Below, one piece after another: positions 47,701 to 54,168 of a stretch of DNA of 54,168 bases; within the stretch, counting starts at the first letter, position 1, and each line of letters begins with the position of its first letter. Below the pieces are notes generated by a model. It saw only the letters and a program-made list of their open reading frames with translations. It was not told the origin of the DNA and did not search any database. Source of the DNA: an uncultured virus (IMG/VR IMGVR_UViG_3300026511_000002) (taxonomy: Duplodnaviria > Heunggongvirae > Uroviricota > Caudoviricetes). Both the position numbers and the translations under genes were made by a program. The DNA is taken from the IMG/VR virus record IMGVR_UViG_3300026511_000002. One strand, given 5' to 3'.

Positions 47701-48443
47701 CATATCAAAAATTAGGAACAGCACTTAAAGAAGTTATGGCATCTGTCGGTAAAATGGACACTAAATCATTTGCCGGTAAAATGCAAGATATTATTAAAGT
47801 ATTTGTAGGCGCTGGAGAAGAAGCTCAAGATACAAAACTCCTTGATCATAGAAGGTGGTATATAAAAGCTATGGGAAGTTCATTTGAAAAAATGAAAACC
47901 GCAGTACCAGCTATTGTAAAAGGAGCCAATGGTTTTGATAAGAAAAGAGGAGCAGCATTCTTTAGTTCATTAATTGGAGCCACTGATAAAGGCCAAAGAG
48001 TTCAAGGTTATGATGCACAGAAAAAACTATGGTATGCCATAGGACATAGTACTACCAAAATGAGTACTTCTATGCCAGGAATTGCACAAGCAATTAATAA
48101 CATGGATCTAGCTAAATTAACAGAAGCTAGAACAATGTTTGAAGCATTAGCGGTTCTTAGTGAAGGAGGCAATCCTAATGATATACTCGCTAAAATGGGA
48201 GAATCATTAGAAGAGGCAATGTGGAATTTAGGAGAAATGTTACAGACTGTCGCATCTTCGATGCAAGCAAATACAGATCAAATGGCAGAAACGTCTATGG
48301 GATCGGATGGTAGTAATGCAGCAGACGACGGAGGAAGTTCGAATAGTGGTGGCAGTGTAGGAAGTGTTAGAATGCCTTCTCAGATGGCTGTTAAAATCAC
48401 TAACTTGCAAGCTTTAGCAAGAGTCATGAAACAAGGTTATTAA
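44733..48443 (+). CDS. Tape measure protein
   Basis: 1236 aa, Ala/Gly-rich helical, long hydrophobic segment, internal repeats; follows tube and chaperone genes; TTG start. Confidence 0.8.
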   Translation: MAQLIPKFLASAFERMGNSDKALEQVAINTGTTAAAVSVGGDLYEKMDELVKALGAGGGGKKGDLSIKEALVLRITAGALEPIGLGLGVIIDALERAPDGKELKLKMEALTNGLLALGDVGYSIVKFAAMMILALPLLIVAGVAMLLIVPILKLMVDGLMWATKKLDKKQLKKIAMLGEIGANILILAVSLVLVGLLATFAMKGVLVAAGIMLGLAGVMLLLDKMGFDPKGMNKFAKALKNLALGILGLSVGLILIGFLTQPILIGLATAMLVILTIGGVFWLMNKLKIAKSMRKTSRALVFAAMAILSVSVALVLSALIVKSLGWLEVGKVLLLVGAVALTFFVINKVLGKQSRKGAMLMIFAAGAILAVAVAIFLARLLIGPVNAENILETFGVLVVIGAVALVFGIAGLAHKFIKKGAIALAFAGGAMIVIAIGVFAMKKAIDGMSWGNLGMIAAIIVGLGLAMGIAGAGPLPGFIALGSAAMIVAGIALVVIGAGVMVFAKALKDMTWEKVGMMGAIIGGVAVAMGLAGLGAIFIAAGAAVMILAGVALITLGKGLEIIAKVDFNKLGNVNKRGSGAFNDSGEMTSGFLGMFKRKKTNFEVAIESIVDSMSLGPLSIIGVLAGAPVVLLAGAAMIKVAQGLGDVQKLTEKVNLKTLGKSVGEMVFTIADAFGAIGKKYPGGKQSLFSSIMGGGGGSFVSQGVSSTMGMGSALSGIARGMQAMANLKFPVKYDKEGNPIEFESMDSDAPVKVAVNAAMITGVLADVFGRIGKKYPGGKKSLFAQIMTGKGNSPVADGISSVQGMGSALTNVAKGFQAMAMLNFPVEWDEEGKPIKFETMDIKTNGKLVMDNTKEIVKGLSAVFGEIGSNPDAESSWWGGKSKIQKGIDLVTGVGTPLINLAKGVQNMASLKFPKGFDADGKATGYDTLSSPAEVMEKVTGNTKMLIRALVEVFTEIGGMSGTSSDYWWWDNSKFTKGAELVTTMSTPYQKLGTALKEVMASVGKMDTKSFAGKMQDIIKVFVGAGEEAQDTKLLDHRRWYIKAMGSSFEKMKTAVPAIVKGANGFDKKRGAAFFSSLIGATDKGQRVQGYDAQKKLWYAIGHSTTKMSTSMPGIAQAINNMDLAKLTEARTMFEALAVLSEGGNPNDILAKMGESLEEAMWNLGEMLQTVASSMQANTDQMAETSMGSDGSNAADDGGSSNSGGSVGSVRMPSQMAVKITNLQALARVMKQGY

Positions 48444-48458
48444 ATTTTAATTTTATCT

Positions 48459-48486
48459 GAAACATTTATAATCTTTATGATATAAG
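48459..48486 (+). promoter_or_regulatory. Putative middle promoter
   Basis: GAAAC-N17-TATAAG. Confidence 0.65.
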
Positions 48487-48502
48487 TATCAAATACTATA
48501 TT

Positions 48503-48787
48503 ATGAGAACATCAACAACATCTTATTATGATTCATCAACAATAACACATGCGTCATATAACTTTACTTCTAAAGACTTAACAGTTCATTTTAATCATGC
48601 TACATACGTATATGAAGATGTATCATTAGAAGACTTCATATTATTCGAAGGAGCCAAATCACAAGGTAAAGCATTAAATGAGTTTATTAAACCAAATCAC
48701 TCATTTGAAAAACTAGAAACAATAGAAACAGCACCAGGTAGTTTACTAGATGAATTACCACCAGCTGATTATCAAATGGGAAATTAA
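48503..48787 (+). CDS. KTSC domain protein
   Basis: SSTI....Y......L.V.F....Y.Y.DV.......A.S.GK..N..IK. Confidence 0.85.
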   Translation: MRTSTTSYYDSSTITHASYNFTSKDLTVHFNHATYVYEDVSLEDFILFEGAKSQGKALNEFIKPNHSFEKLETIETAPGSLLDELPPADYQMGN

Positions 48788-48826
48788 CATAATCTCTTTA
48801 GCCCAAGAACTAAATAAATAAACAAT

Positions 48827-49144
48827 ATGGAACAAACAACAGCGTTCGTTTTAGGTGTACTATCAGTGTTGGCAATTGTCGGCGTTTATCGTATGTTTAA
48901 AGTGGCATTTAGGGTCAAAGACCTACAGGAAGATATTGATGACCTCAGAAATGTTATCAATGAAATTGAAATGGATCTAGGACAAACTTCGGATTTACTA
49001 GACCGTAGAATTGATGGTGAAATTGATAGAGTAGACAACTCAGTTGAAGAACTCTATAAGTACATTGATTCTAGAACTGATAAGATGGAATCAAGATGCG
49101 ATTCTAAATTTAAAGAAGTAGAAACAAAAATTAAAAAGAAATAA
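48827..49144 (+). CDS. Membrane-anchored coiled-coil protein
   Basis: N-terminal TM segment ([16 protein letters not shown]) followed by an acidic coiled coil. Confidence 0.75.
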   Translation: MEQTTAFVLGVLSVLAIVGVYRMFKVAFRVKDLQEDIDDLRNVINEIEMDLGQTSDLLDRRIDGEIDRVDNSVEELYKYIDSRTDKMESRCDSKFKEVETKIKKK

Positions 49145-49175
49145 TATAAACCTTTGGGCAAGGGAGTTTATGTTA

Positions 49176-49261
<86 letters not shown>

Positions 49262-49268
49262 AAAAATT

Positions 49269-49296
49269 GAAACAAACCAAATATACTTTATATAAG
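49269..49296 (+). promoter_or_regulatory. Putative middle promoter
   Basis: GAAAC-N17-TATAAG. Confidence 0.65.
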
Positions 49297-49318
49297 TATT
49301 AAATAACATTTTAAATTA

Positions 49319-49516
49319 ATGACAAAGGCAAGTATTGTACAACGATTGTTAGATAAAAAAACAATCACAGCTGAAGAAGCCGTAGTTCTACTAAAGAGCG
49401 AAACTATCAATATTCCAATGTATACTCCGAATCCTTATTTTAGCGATCCGAATTGGTCAACTCCACCTCCAGTATGGTGTGAAGATCAAGATAATACAAC
49501 TAGCAACATCGATTAA
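49319..49516 (+). CDS. Hypothetical protein
   Basis: ORF behind a promoter motif; LLDKKTITAEEAVVLL (SHOCT-like helix pair). Confidence 0.65.
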   Translation: MTKASIVQRLLDKKTITAEEAVVLLKSETINIPMYTPNPYFSDPNWSTPPPVWCEDQDNTTSNID

Positions 49517-49527
49517 ATAATAGACTG

Positions 49528-49680
49528 ATGAAAAAGCGTAAACAATCACGTGAGGATTATAATCCCGAAGAAAGAAAGCGTAAGATTAACTTTAAGAAAA
49601 AGAAACAACGCTATGAAGATAACTACTTTGATCCTAAAAGATTAAGTGAATTGGAAGATTTTGATGAAGAACATGAGTGA
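49528..49680 (+). CDS. Small highly charged protein (50 aa), not in ORF track
   Basis: MKKRKQSREDYNPEERKRKINFKKKKQRYEDNYFDPKRLSELEDFDEEHE; overlaps the next ATG. Confidence 0.6.
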   Translation: MKKRKQSREDYNPEERKRKINFKKKKQRYEDNYFDPKRLSELEDFDEEHE

Positions 49681-49885
49681 AGAAGATTTTATTTATAGAC
49701 ACATTGAGAGCATATTAGATGTTCCAGGTGATCTTAGTTCTGGTATCAATGGTTGTATACTCGCAAGTGCATATGATAGAACCTGCCGTATTCTAAAAGA
49801 ACATGGAGCAACGAAACCACTAATAGTAGATACTATAGATGATCCAGAATGTGAATTGACATATTTAGTAGAAAATGGACAATAA
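49673..49885 (+). CDS. Hypothetical protein
   Basis: ATG 49673 overlaps the previous stop (MSEEDFIY...). Confidence 0.6.
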   Translation: MSEEDFIYRHIESILDVPGDLSSGINGCILASAYDRTCRILKEHGATKPLIVDTIDDPECELTYLVENGQ

Positions 49886-49886
49886 A

Positions 49887-50003
49887 ATGATATTTTGGGA
49901 TGAGATGTGGAATCAAAGTACACCGACTCCAACGCCAACGCCAACTATAGAATGTTGTGGTGAATGGGATAAAGATGGTAAATGTAATTGTAAAGATAAA
50001 TAA
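49887..50003 (+). CDS. 38-aa Cys-rich micro-protein, not in ORF track
   Basis: MIFWDEMWNQSTPTPTPTPTIECCGEWDKDGKCNCKDK; TAATG-coupled to the next ORF. Confidence 0.55.
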   Translation: MIFWDEMWNQSTPTPTPTPTIECCGEWDKDGKCNCKDK

Positions 50004-50335
50004 TGGGACTTTTAGAAAAAATAGCGTGGAGAACACGTAAATGGAATTTAAAAATTAATATATTAGATATTTTCATTCATGATGGAGATGGTTGCTGGGG
50101 TTTTACATTTTTAGAAGTCGTTCATAATTTTAAAACAAGAGCTTTACTTGCATTTGAATTTAGATTACCAAATGGCGGAAACATTAAACAATTCAGTATT
50201 GACAATTGGGATTTCTTATTTCTTAGAAGTTTTCTTTATAACCAATGGGAAGTATTGGATGAAAGACGAATGTGGTCAGGTCCTCTTTCCAAGTGGGATG
50301 AAATTAAACTAAATATTTTAAGTAAAATTTTATAA
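50003..50335 (+). CDS. Hypothetical protein
   Basis: 110 aa Trp/Phe-rich ORF in the operon. Confidence 0.65.
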   Translation: MGLLEKIAWRTRKWNLKINILDIFIHDGDGCWGFTFLEVVHNFKTRALLAFEFRLPNGGNIKQFSIDNWDFLFLRSFLYNQWEVLDERRMWSGPLSKWDEIKLNILSKIL

Positions 50336-50360
50336 ACAAATATAAAACTCTACATATAAA
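50333..50360 (+). promoter_or_regulatory. Putative middle promoter
   Basis: TAAAC-N17-TATAAA. Confidence 0.55.
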
Positions 50361-50364
50361 CTAC

Positions 50365-50838
50365 ATGAAAATAATACTAGTAGGCAAAGCAGCATCCGGA
50401 AAGGATTTTTTAAAACACAGATTACACAAAAAAGGATTTACAATAGGCGTAAGTCATACTACTAGATTACCTAGAAATAGCGAAATAGACGGAGAAGATT
50501 ATCATTTTGTAACAGAAAATAAGTTTAAAGAAATGATAGTTAATGGTGATTTCATAGAGTATATGGAATTTAATGGATGGTATTATGGACAAACTGAAAC
50601 AGATTTTGACAATGCAGATATAATGATTATGTCTAAAGATGGTTTAGATATGTTGCCACAGCAATATAGAAATCAATGTGTCGTTCTTTATTTAGACATT
50701 GATAGAATGACTAGAATTGAAAGACTTAATTACAGAAATGATGTAAATGATTCTATCATGAGAAGAATGAATACTGATGATCAACAATTTGCGGGCTTTA
50801 AAGACTATGATATTAAAATAAAAAACGCAGATTTTTAA
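50365..50838 (+). CDS. gmk: Guanylate kinase-like NMP kinase
   Basis: GKAASGKD P-loop, SHTTRLPR..EIDGEDYHFV, WYYG. Confidence 0.9.
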   Translation: MKIILVGKAASGKDFLKHRLHKKGFTIGVSHTTRLPRNSEIDGEDYHFVTENKFKEMIVNGDFIEYMEFNGWYYGQTETDFDNADIMIMSKDGLDMLPQQYRNQCVVLYLDIDRMTRIERLNYRNDVNDSIMRRMNTDDQQFAGFKDYDIKIKNADF

Positions 50839-50842
50839 GAGA

Positions 50843-50850
50843 GATAAATA
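50843..50850 (+). promoter_or_regulatory. Putative late promoter variant GATAAATA
   Basis: Upstream of ORF 50876. Confidence 0.45.
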
Positions 50851-50875
50851 ATAAACACAATTAAACAATTATAAT

Positions 50876-51382
50876 ATGAACACAAAGTTAAAAACACGTC
50901 AAACAGAATTGGCAGTTGAAATCGATGCATTACAGACTGAAGCAGCAGAGAAACGTTTTGAAATTACATTTGATAATGTAAAAGCAATCAAGACAGTTCA
51001 AGAACACCTTAATAAAGGTTATACTTGGAAAACACAAAACGCTGCAGTAGTTGTATCTTTGTATGATCAATTTAAAACACAAGGTAAAAATCTAACAGCT
51101 GATTCTGATCCTGTTATTTCTTTAAGGGGTCATGAATTAAATGCACTTTATCAAGCACTTCTTAATGTAGAAGGAACTGGAATTGAAAATGCACGTAGAT
51201 TTATTACTATGTTAACCCAAATAGGTGAAGCTGTAGGAACAGCGATGCAAGATTTAAGTACTATGAATACTACGTTAAATGATTTGCATGCTGAACTAGC
51301 AGAAATTGATGCTCAGTTAGATGCTGATGCTAACGTGGAAGTAGTTTCACCAGAATTAGAAACTGTTAAATCTACAAAGTAA
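50876..51382 (+). CDS. Hypothetical helical protein
   Basis: 168 aa ORF with coiled-coil ends. Confidence 0.75.
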   Translation: MNTKLKTRQTELAVEIDALQTEAAEKRFEITFDNVKAIKTVQEHLNKGYTWKTQNAAVVVSLYDQFKTQGKNLTADSDPVISLRGHELNALYQALLNVEGTGIENARRFITMLTQIGEAVGTAMQDLSTMNTTLNDLHAELAEIDAQLDADANVEVVSPELETVKSTK

Positions 51383-51399
51383 GATTTAACCATTAATAA

Positions 51400-51441
51400 A
51401 ACAATAAAGCGATAGGTCAAAGTATCTATTGTTTTATTGTT
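51400..51441 (+). terminator. AT-rich hairpin, possible terminator or processing stem
   Basis: AACAATAAAGCGATAG / CTATTGTTTTATTGTT 16-bp stem with G-U pairs. Confidence 0.45.
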
Positions 51442-51473
51442 ATTTTACAAGTAAAAAACTATAATAACCTCAT

Positions 51474-51989
51474 ATGAAAATATTTGTAACATCTAATTTA
51501 CAGTTAGGTAGACCAGCTGCCATAAAGCAATATAAAAGATCATACACTGATGTAGATCAAATGACTGATGATCTTATATTAAAATGGAATGAAACTGTAA
51601 AAGCAGAAGATACTGTGTTTTATCTTGGTAATTTTGCGCATGATCCTAAAACGGCTCAAGATGCATTACAAAGATTAAATGGTAATATTAAATTTATTGA
51701 AGGCGATTATGATAGCTCTATTTCTTTATTACATGATAAGGGCATGTTACCTACTAGATGTTCTATTCTTAGATGTGTAGATAAAATTGAAGGATTTAAT
51801 GTAGCAGTGTCTTATTGGCCGTTAGGAGCATGGCCTGAAAAAGCAAAAAAAGCTTGGTCCATTATAGGTTATCCAAATAAAAAATATAAATCAGATCCTA
51901 AAAAGAGAATCATTAATGTCTCTACTGATTTATGGGCAAATAGACCACAAGAGCTAGAAAAGCTACTTGGCATCTTCTCAGATTTTTAA
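51474..51989 (+). CDS. Calcineurin-like metallophosphoesterase homologue with degenerate metal ligands
   Basis: Scaffold IFVTS.L.LG...WNETV...D.V..LG.F...LNG.I..I.G..D is present, but DxH->NLQ, GD->GN, GNHD->GDYD. Confidence 0.75.
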   Translation: MKIFVTSNLQLGRPAAIKQYKRSYTDVDQMTDDLILKWNETVKAEDTVFYLGNFAHDPKTAQDALQRLNGNIKFIEGDYDSSISLLHDKGMLPTRCSILRCVDKIEGFNVAVSYWPLGAWPEKAKKAWSIIGYPNKKYKSDPKKRIINVSTDLWANRPQELEKLLGIFSDF

Positions 51990-52022
51990 TTTACAACTTT
52001 TCCGAAAATAAACGCTTAAATA

Positions 52023-52054
52023 TTTTTTTATGTCGTTTATTTGTGGTATATTAG
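52023..52054 (+). promoter_or_regulatory. Putative early (host sigma) promoter
   Basis: TTTTTTTATGTC-N12-TATATTAG, same as 32487-32518. Confidence 0.55.
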
Positions 52055-52081
52055 TAGTATAATTAAAACAGAGAGAGTCAT

Positions 52082-52438
52082 ATGCAAATAAAAATTAACA
52101 AACAACAAGAAGAAGTTTTAAAGTCAGCCTTAGAAGATTACATTCAAAATCTTGTAGGTAAAGGTCGCAAATACAATAATGCTGTTGAAATCATAAACAC
52201 CATTAACAATGCGGGACTAGTTAAGTTAGAACGTACACCAAGAGTCTTTATTAAAAAACAATACATGTTCACCTTTGAAGAAGGAGGTTGGAATACTGTT
52301 TGGGCTAAGACATTGCCAGGTGCAAAAAGACAAGCTATCAAAGAATATAAGGATTTGGAAAATCTAACAGTACGTTTAGATTCAGTACACTTAGCAACTA
52401 AAAAAGGATTAGAATCAGCAATGAGTTTATTTTACTAA
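52082..52438 (+). CDS. Hypothetical early protein
   Basis: 118 aa ORF behind an early-type promoter. Confidence 0.7.
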   Translation: MQIKINKQQEEVLKSALEDYIQNLVGKGRKYNNAVEIINTINNAGLVKLERTPRVFIKKQYMFTFEEGGWNTVWAKTLPGAKRQAIKEYKDLENLTVRLDSVHLATKKGLESAMSLFY

Positions 52439-52496
52439 TTGTTCGTAACTTTTGAAAATAAATCTAAAAAAGCTTTCCCGTTTAAATAAAAAGTGT

Positions 52497-52504
52497 TATA
52501 TTAG
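52497..52504 (+). promoter_or_regulatory. Putative early promoter -7 element TATATTAG upstream of the sigma gene
   Basis: Same octamer; upstream AACTTT...GAAAATAAA block shared with the 52082 promoter region. Confidence 0.5.
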
Positions 52505-52536
52505 CCCTATAATTAAAAACTAAAAAAAATAATAAT

Positions 52537-53142
52537 ATGCCAAAACAACTCAGTTACCGCGAACTATCAGAAAATTTTATCAAGTCAAAATCAGAAAAAG
52601 ATTACAATGCGTTATATCAACGTGTAAAACCAGGACTTAGAAATTATATTTCAAATGTAGTCAAAGATGTGAATGCCACAGAAGATGTTCTAACAAACAC
52701 ACTAACTAAAATGTGGACTAAGATTGATCAATATAATCCATCATATCAAATCACAACGTGGTTATACAGAATTGCATTCAACGAATGTTTAGGTTGGATA
52801 CGTCAACGTAATTCTAAATATAGTATTGAAACTATGAAAGAATACGGTATTGAAATTTCTGATCAATATGCTCACACATCAGCTCGTGATTTATTGATTG
52901 AGAACGAAACAAAAACAGAATCAGATTGGTATGAAGAAGATGATTATTTACAAGCACGTTATGAACTAGCTCTTGCAAATATAGAGTCACTAAAACCAAT
53001 GTATAAAGAGATTATTGAAGATCGTCTTCTTAATAATATGAAATATGAAGATATTGCTGCTAAGCATAATCTACCACTTCAAACTATTAAAAACAGAATT
53101 CGTAGAGGTAAATCTATTATTGCAGAAAGTATGGATTATTAA
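52537..53142 (+). CDS. Sigma-70 family, ECF-type RNA polymerase sigma factor
   Basis: Region 2 (TEDVL...MWTKIDQYNP...TTWLYRIAFNEC) and region 4 HTH (MKYEDIA....PLQTIKNRIRRGK). Confidence 0.9.
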   Translation: MPKQLSYRELSENFIKSKSEKDYNALYQRVKPGLRNYISNVVKDVNATEDVLTNTLTKMWTKIDQYNPSYQITTWLYRIAFNECLGWIRQRNSKYSIETMKEYGIEISDQYAHTSARDLLIENETKTESDWYEEDDYLQARYELALANIESLKPMYKEIIEDRLLNNMKYEDIAAKHNLPLQTIKNRIRRGKSIIAESMDY

Positions 53143-53146
53143 TATC

Positions 53147-53305
53147 ATGAAGAAGTATAAATCAATAGTAGATCACATATGGAATTGTGGGTGTGGTTCA
53201 ATGAATTCACCTTACAGAACTGTATGCGGATTTTGTGGAGCTGAAAATAAAAATTCAGATAATCAAGAAATAGAAAAAACAATAAAAAATTCACAAATAC
53301 CATAA
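53147..53305 (+). CDS. Small zinc-ribbon protein (RanBP2-like spacing)
   Basis: WNCGCGSMN......CGFCG; ATG 53147 after the sigma stop. Confidence 0.65.
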   Translation: MKKYKSIVDHIWNCGCGSMNSPYRTVCGFCGAENKNSDNQEIEKTIKNSQIP

Positions 53306-53330
53306 ACAAAATAAAACACATTGGTATAAT
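53303..53330 (+). promoter_or_regulatory. Putative middle promoter for the tRNA region
   Basis: TAAAC-N17-TATAAT. Confidence 0.6.
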
Positions 53331-53388
53331 ATAAGTGAACAACAAAAAAAAGGTTCTTTGATTTATTGGTAGAGAAAATACGTTAGAT

Positions 53389-53470
53389 GCTCGGGTGATG
53401 AAATCGGTAAACATGTTCGACTTAAAATCGAATGGCCACAGCCTTGCGGGTTCGAGTCCCGCCCCGAGCA
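53389..53470 (+). tRNA. tRNA-Leu(TAA)
   Basis: GCTCGGG/CCCGAGC acceptor, TTCGA-CTTAAAA-TCGAA anticodon arm, GTTCGAGTC T-loop. Confidence 0.93.
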
Positions 53471-53518
53471 CCCAAATATTTTTGGTAGACGTGTCTGTTA
53501 ATTTTCTTAAGTACCATA

Positions 53519-53526
53519 GATATATA
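53519..53526 (+). promoter_or_regulatory. Putative late promoter GATATATA for the HNH gene
   Basis: Octamer 4 nt before ATG 53531. Confidence 0.55.
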
Positions 53527-53530
53527 ATCT

Positions 53531-53965
53531 ATGAAAGATAAAGTAACAAAAGATGAATTAGTAGAAGCTATTAATTCTTCAATAACAATGGCACAAGCAG
53601 CAGACAAAGTTGATTTAGCATTTACAACATTTAAAAGATACGCTAAAAAACATGGTCTATATAATGCTAATCAAGGTGGCAAAGGAACACGTCGACCACT
53701 TAAAAAACTTCAAGATGTTTTTTCAGGTAAAGAACATTTAGTAACAAACCATCTTAAATATCGTTTGATACTAGAAGGCTTTAAGACCGAACAATGTGAG
53801 GAATGTGGTATAACAGAATGGAATGGTAAAAATATTTCTTTTGAACTTGATCATGTAAATGGAAAAAGAATGGACAACTCATTAGAAAATCTAAAAATTC
53901 TATGTCCAAACTGTCATTCACAAACACCAACATTTAGAGGTAGAAATATTCGTATGGACCAGTAG
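53531..53965 (+). CDS. HNH endonuclease with N-terminal HTH (probable free-standing homing endonuclease)
   Basis: CEECG, ELDHVNG...DN..ENL..LCPNCHS; TMAQAADKVDLAFTTFKRY HTH. Confidence 0.9.
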   Translation: MKDKVTKDELVEAINSSITMAQAADKVDLAFTTFKRYAKKHGLYNANQGGKGTRRPLKKLQDVFSGKEHLVTNHLKYRLILEGFKTEQCEECGITEWNGKNISFELDHVNGKRMDNSLENLKILCPNCHSQTPTFRGRNIRMDQ

Positions 53966-54032
53966 CTCAGCTGGATAGAGCATCTGCCTTCTAAGCAGAC
54001 GGTCACAGGTTCGAATCCTGTCTGGTTCACCA
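53956..54032 (+). tRNA. tRNA-Arg(TCT)
   Basis: GGACCAG/CTGGTTC acceptor, TCTGC-CTTCTAA-GCAGA anticodon arm, GTTCGAATC, encoded CCA. Confidence 0.95.
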
Positions 54033-54035
54033 ATA

Positions 54036-54168
54036 TCGACTGTCAGTCAAGCTTTAGAGAGGTAGTGAAGCTGTAGTTAAGAAGTAGAGTGTATTAATTG
54101 TCGAAAAAGGGTTTATAGTAGACAGGCGTTACTCATTGCACTTAACCAGAAACCTTGAAAGACCCGAA
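54036..54168 (+). ncRNA. Possible structured RNA, truncated by the window edge
   Basis: Several short complementary pairs, raised GC, no ORF start; follows a tRNA. Confidence 0.3.

Noticed and set aside
53145..53607. Minus-strand ORFs 53145-53471 and 53422-53607
   Set aside because: Antisense to tRNA-Leu, the zinc-ribbon gene and the HNH gene

Overview
A 54 kb, AT-rich, gene-dense fragment of a large T4-like (myovirus) bacteriophage, almost entirely on the + strand. The host is probably a Bacteroidota/Flavobacteriia bacterium: there are no Shine-Dalgarno motifs, there are TAnnTTTG-like early promoters, and the ribonucleotide reductase resembles the Flavobacterium class Id type. Gene order: (i) a candidate DNA-base hypermodification cluster (DUF6378-like, SGNH-fold protein, two tandem aGPT-Pplase/amino acid:DNA transferase-like proteins, LOG phosphoribohydrolase, PLP enzyme, dimeric dUTPase); (ii) replication/recombination genes, with a family B DNA polymerase split into two genes separated by nrdB-nrdA and a probable sliding clamp, then UvsX, a 2OG-Fe(II) oxygenase, gp41, a gp33-like protein and gp47/46; (iii) head, neck and tail genes interleaved with gp55, the clamp loader and RNase H; (iv) small accessory genes, guanylate kinase, an apparently inactive phosphoesterase, an ECF-type sigma factor, three tRNAs, an HNH endonuclease and the start of a possible structured RNA. 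Three promoter classes can be read directly from the sequence and suggest a host sigma -> phage ECF sigma -> gp55 cascade. All family assignments come from motif recognition by eye, not from database searches.
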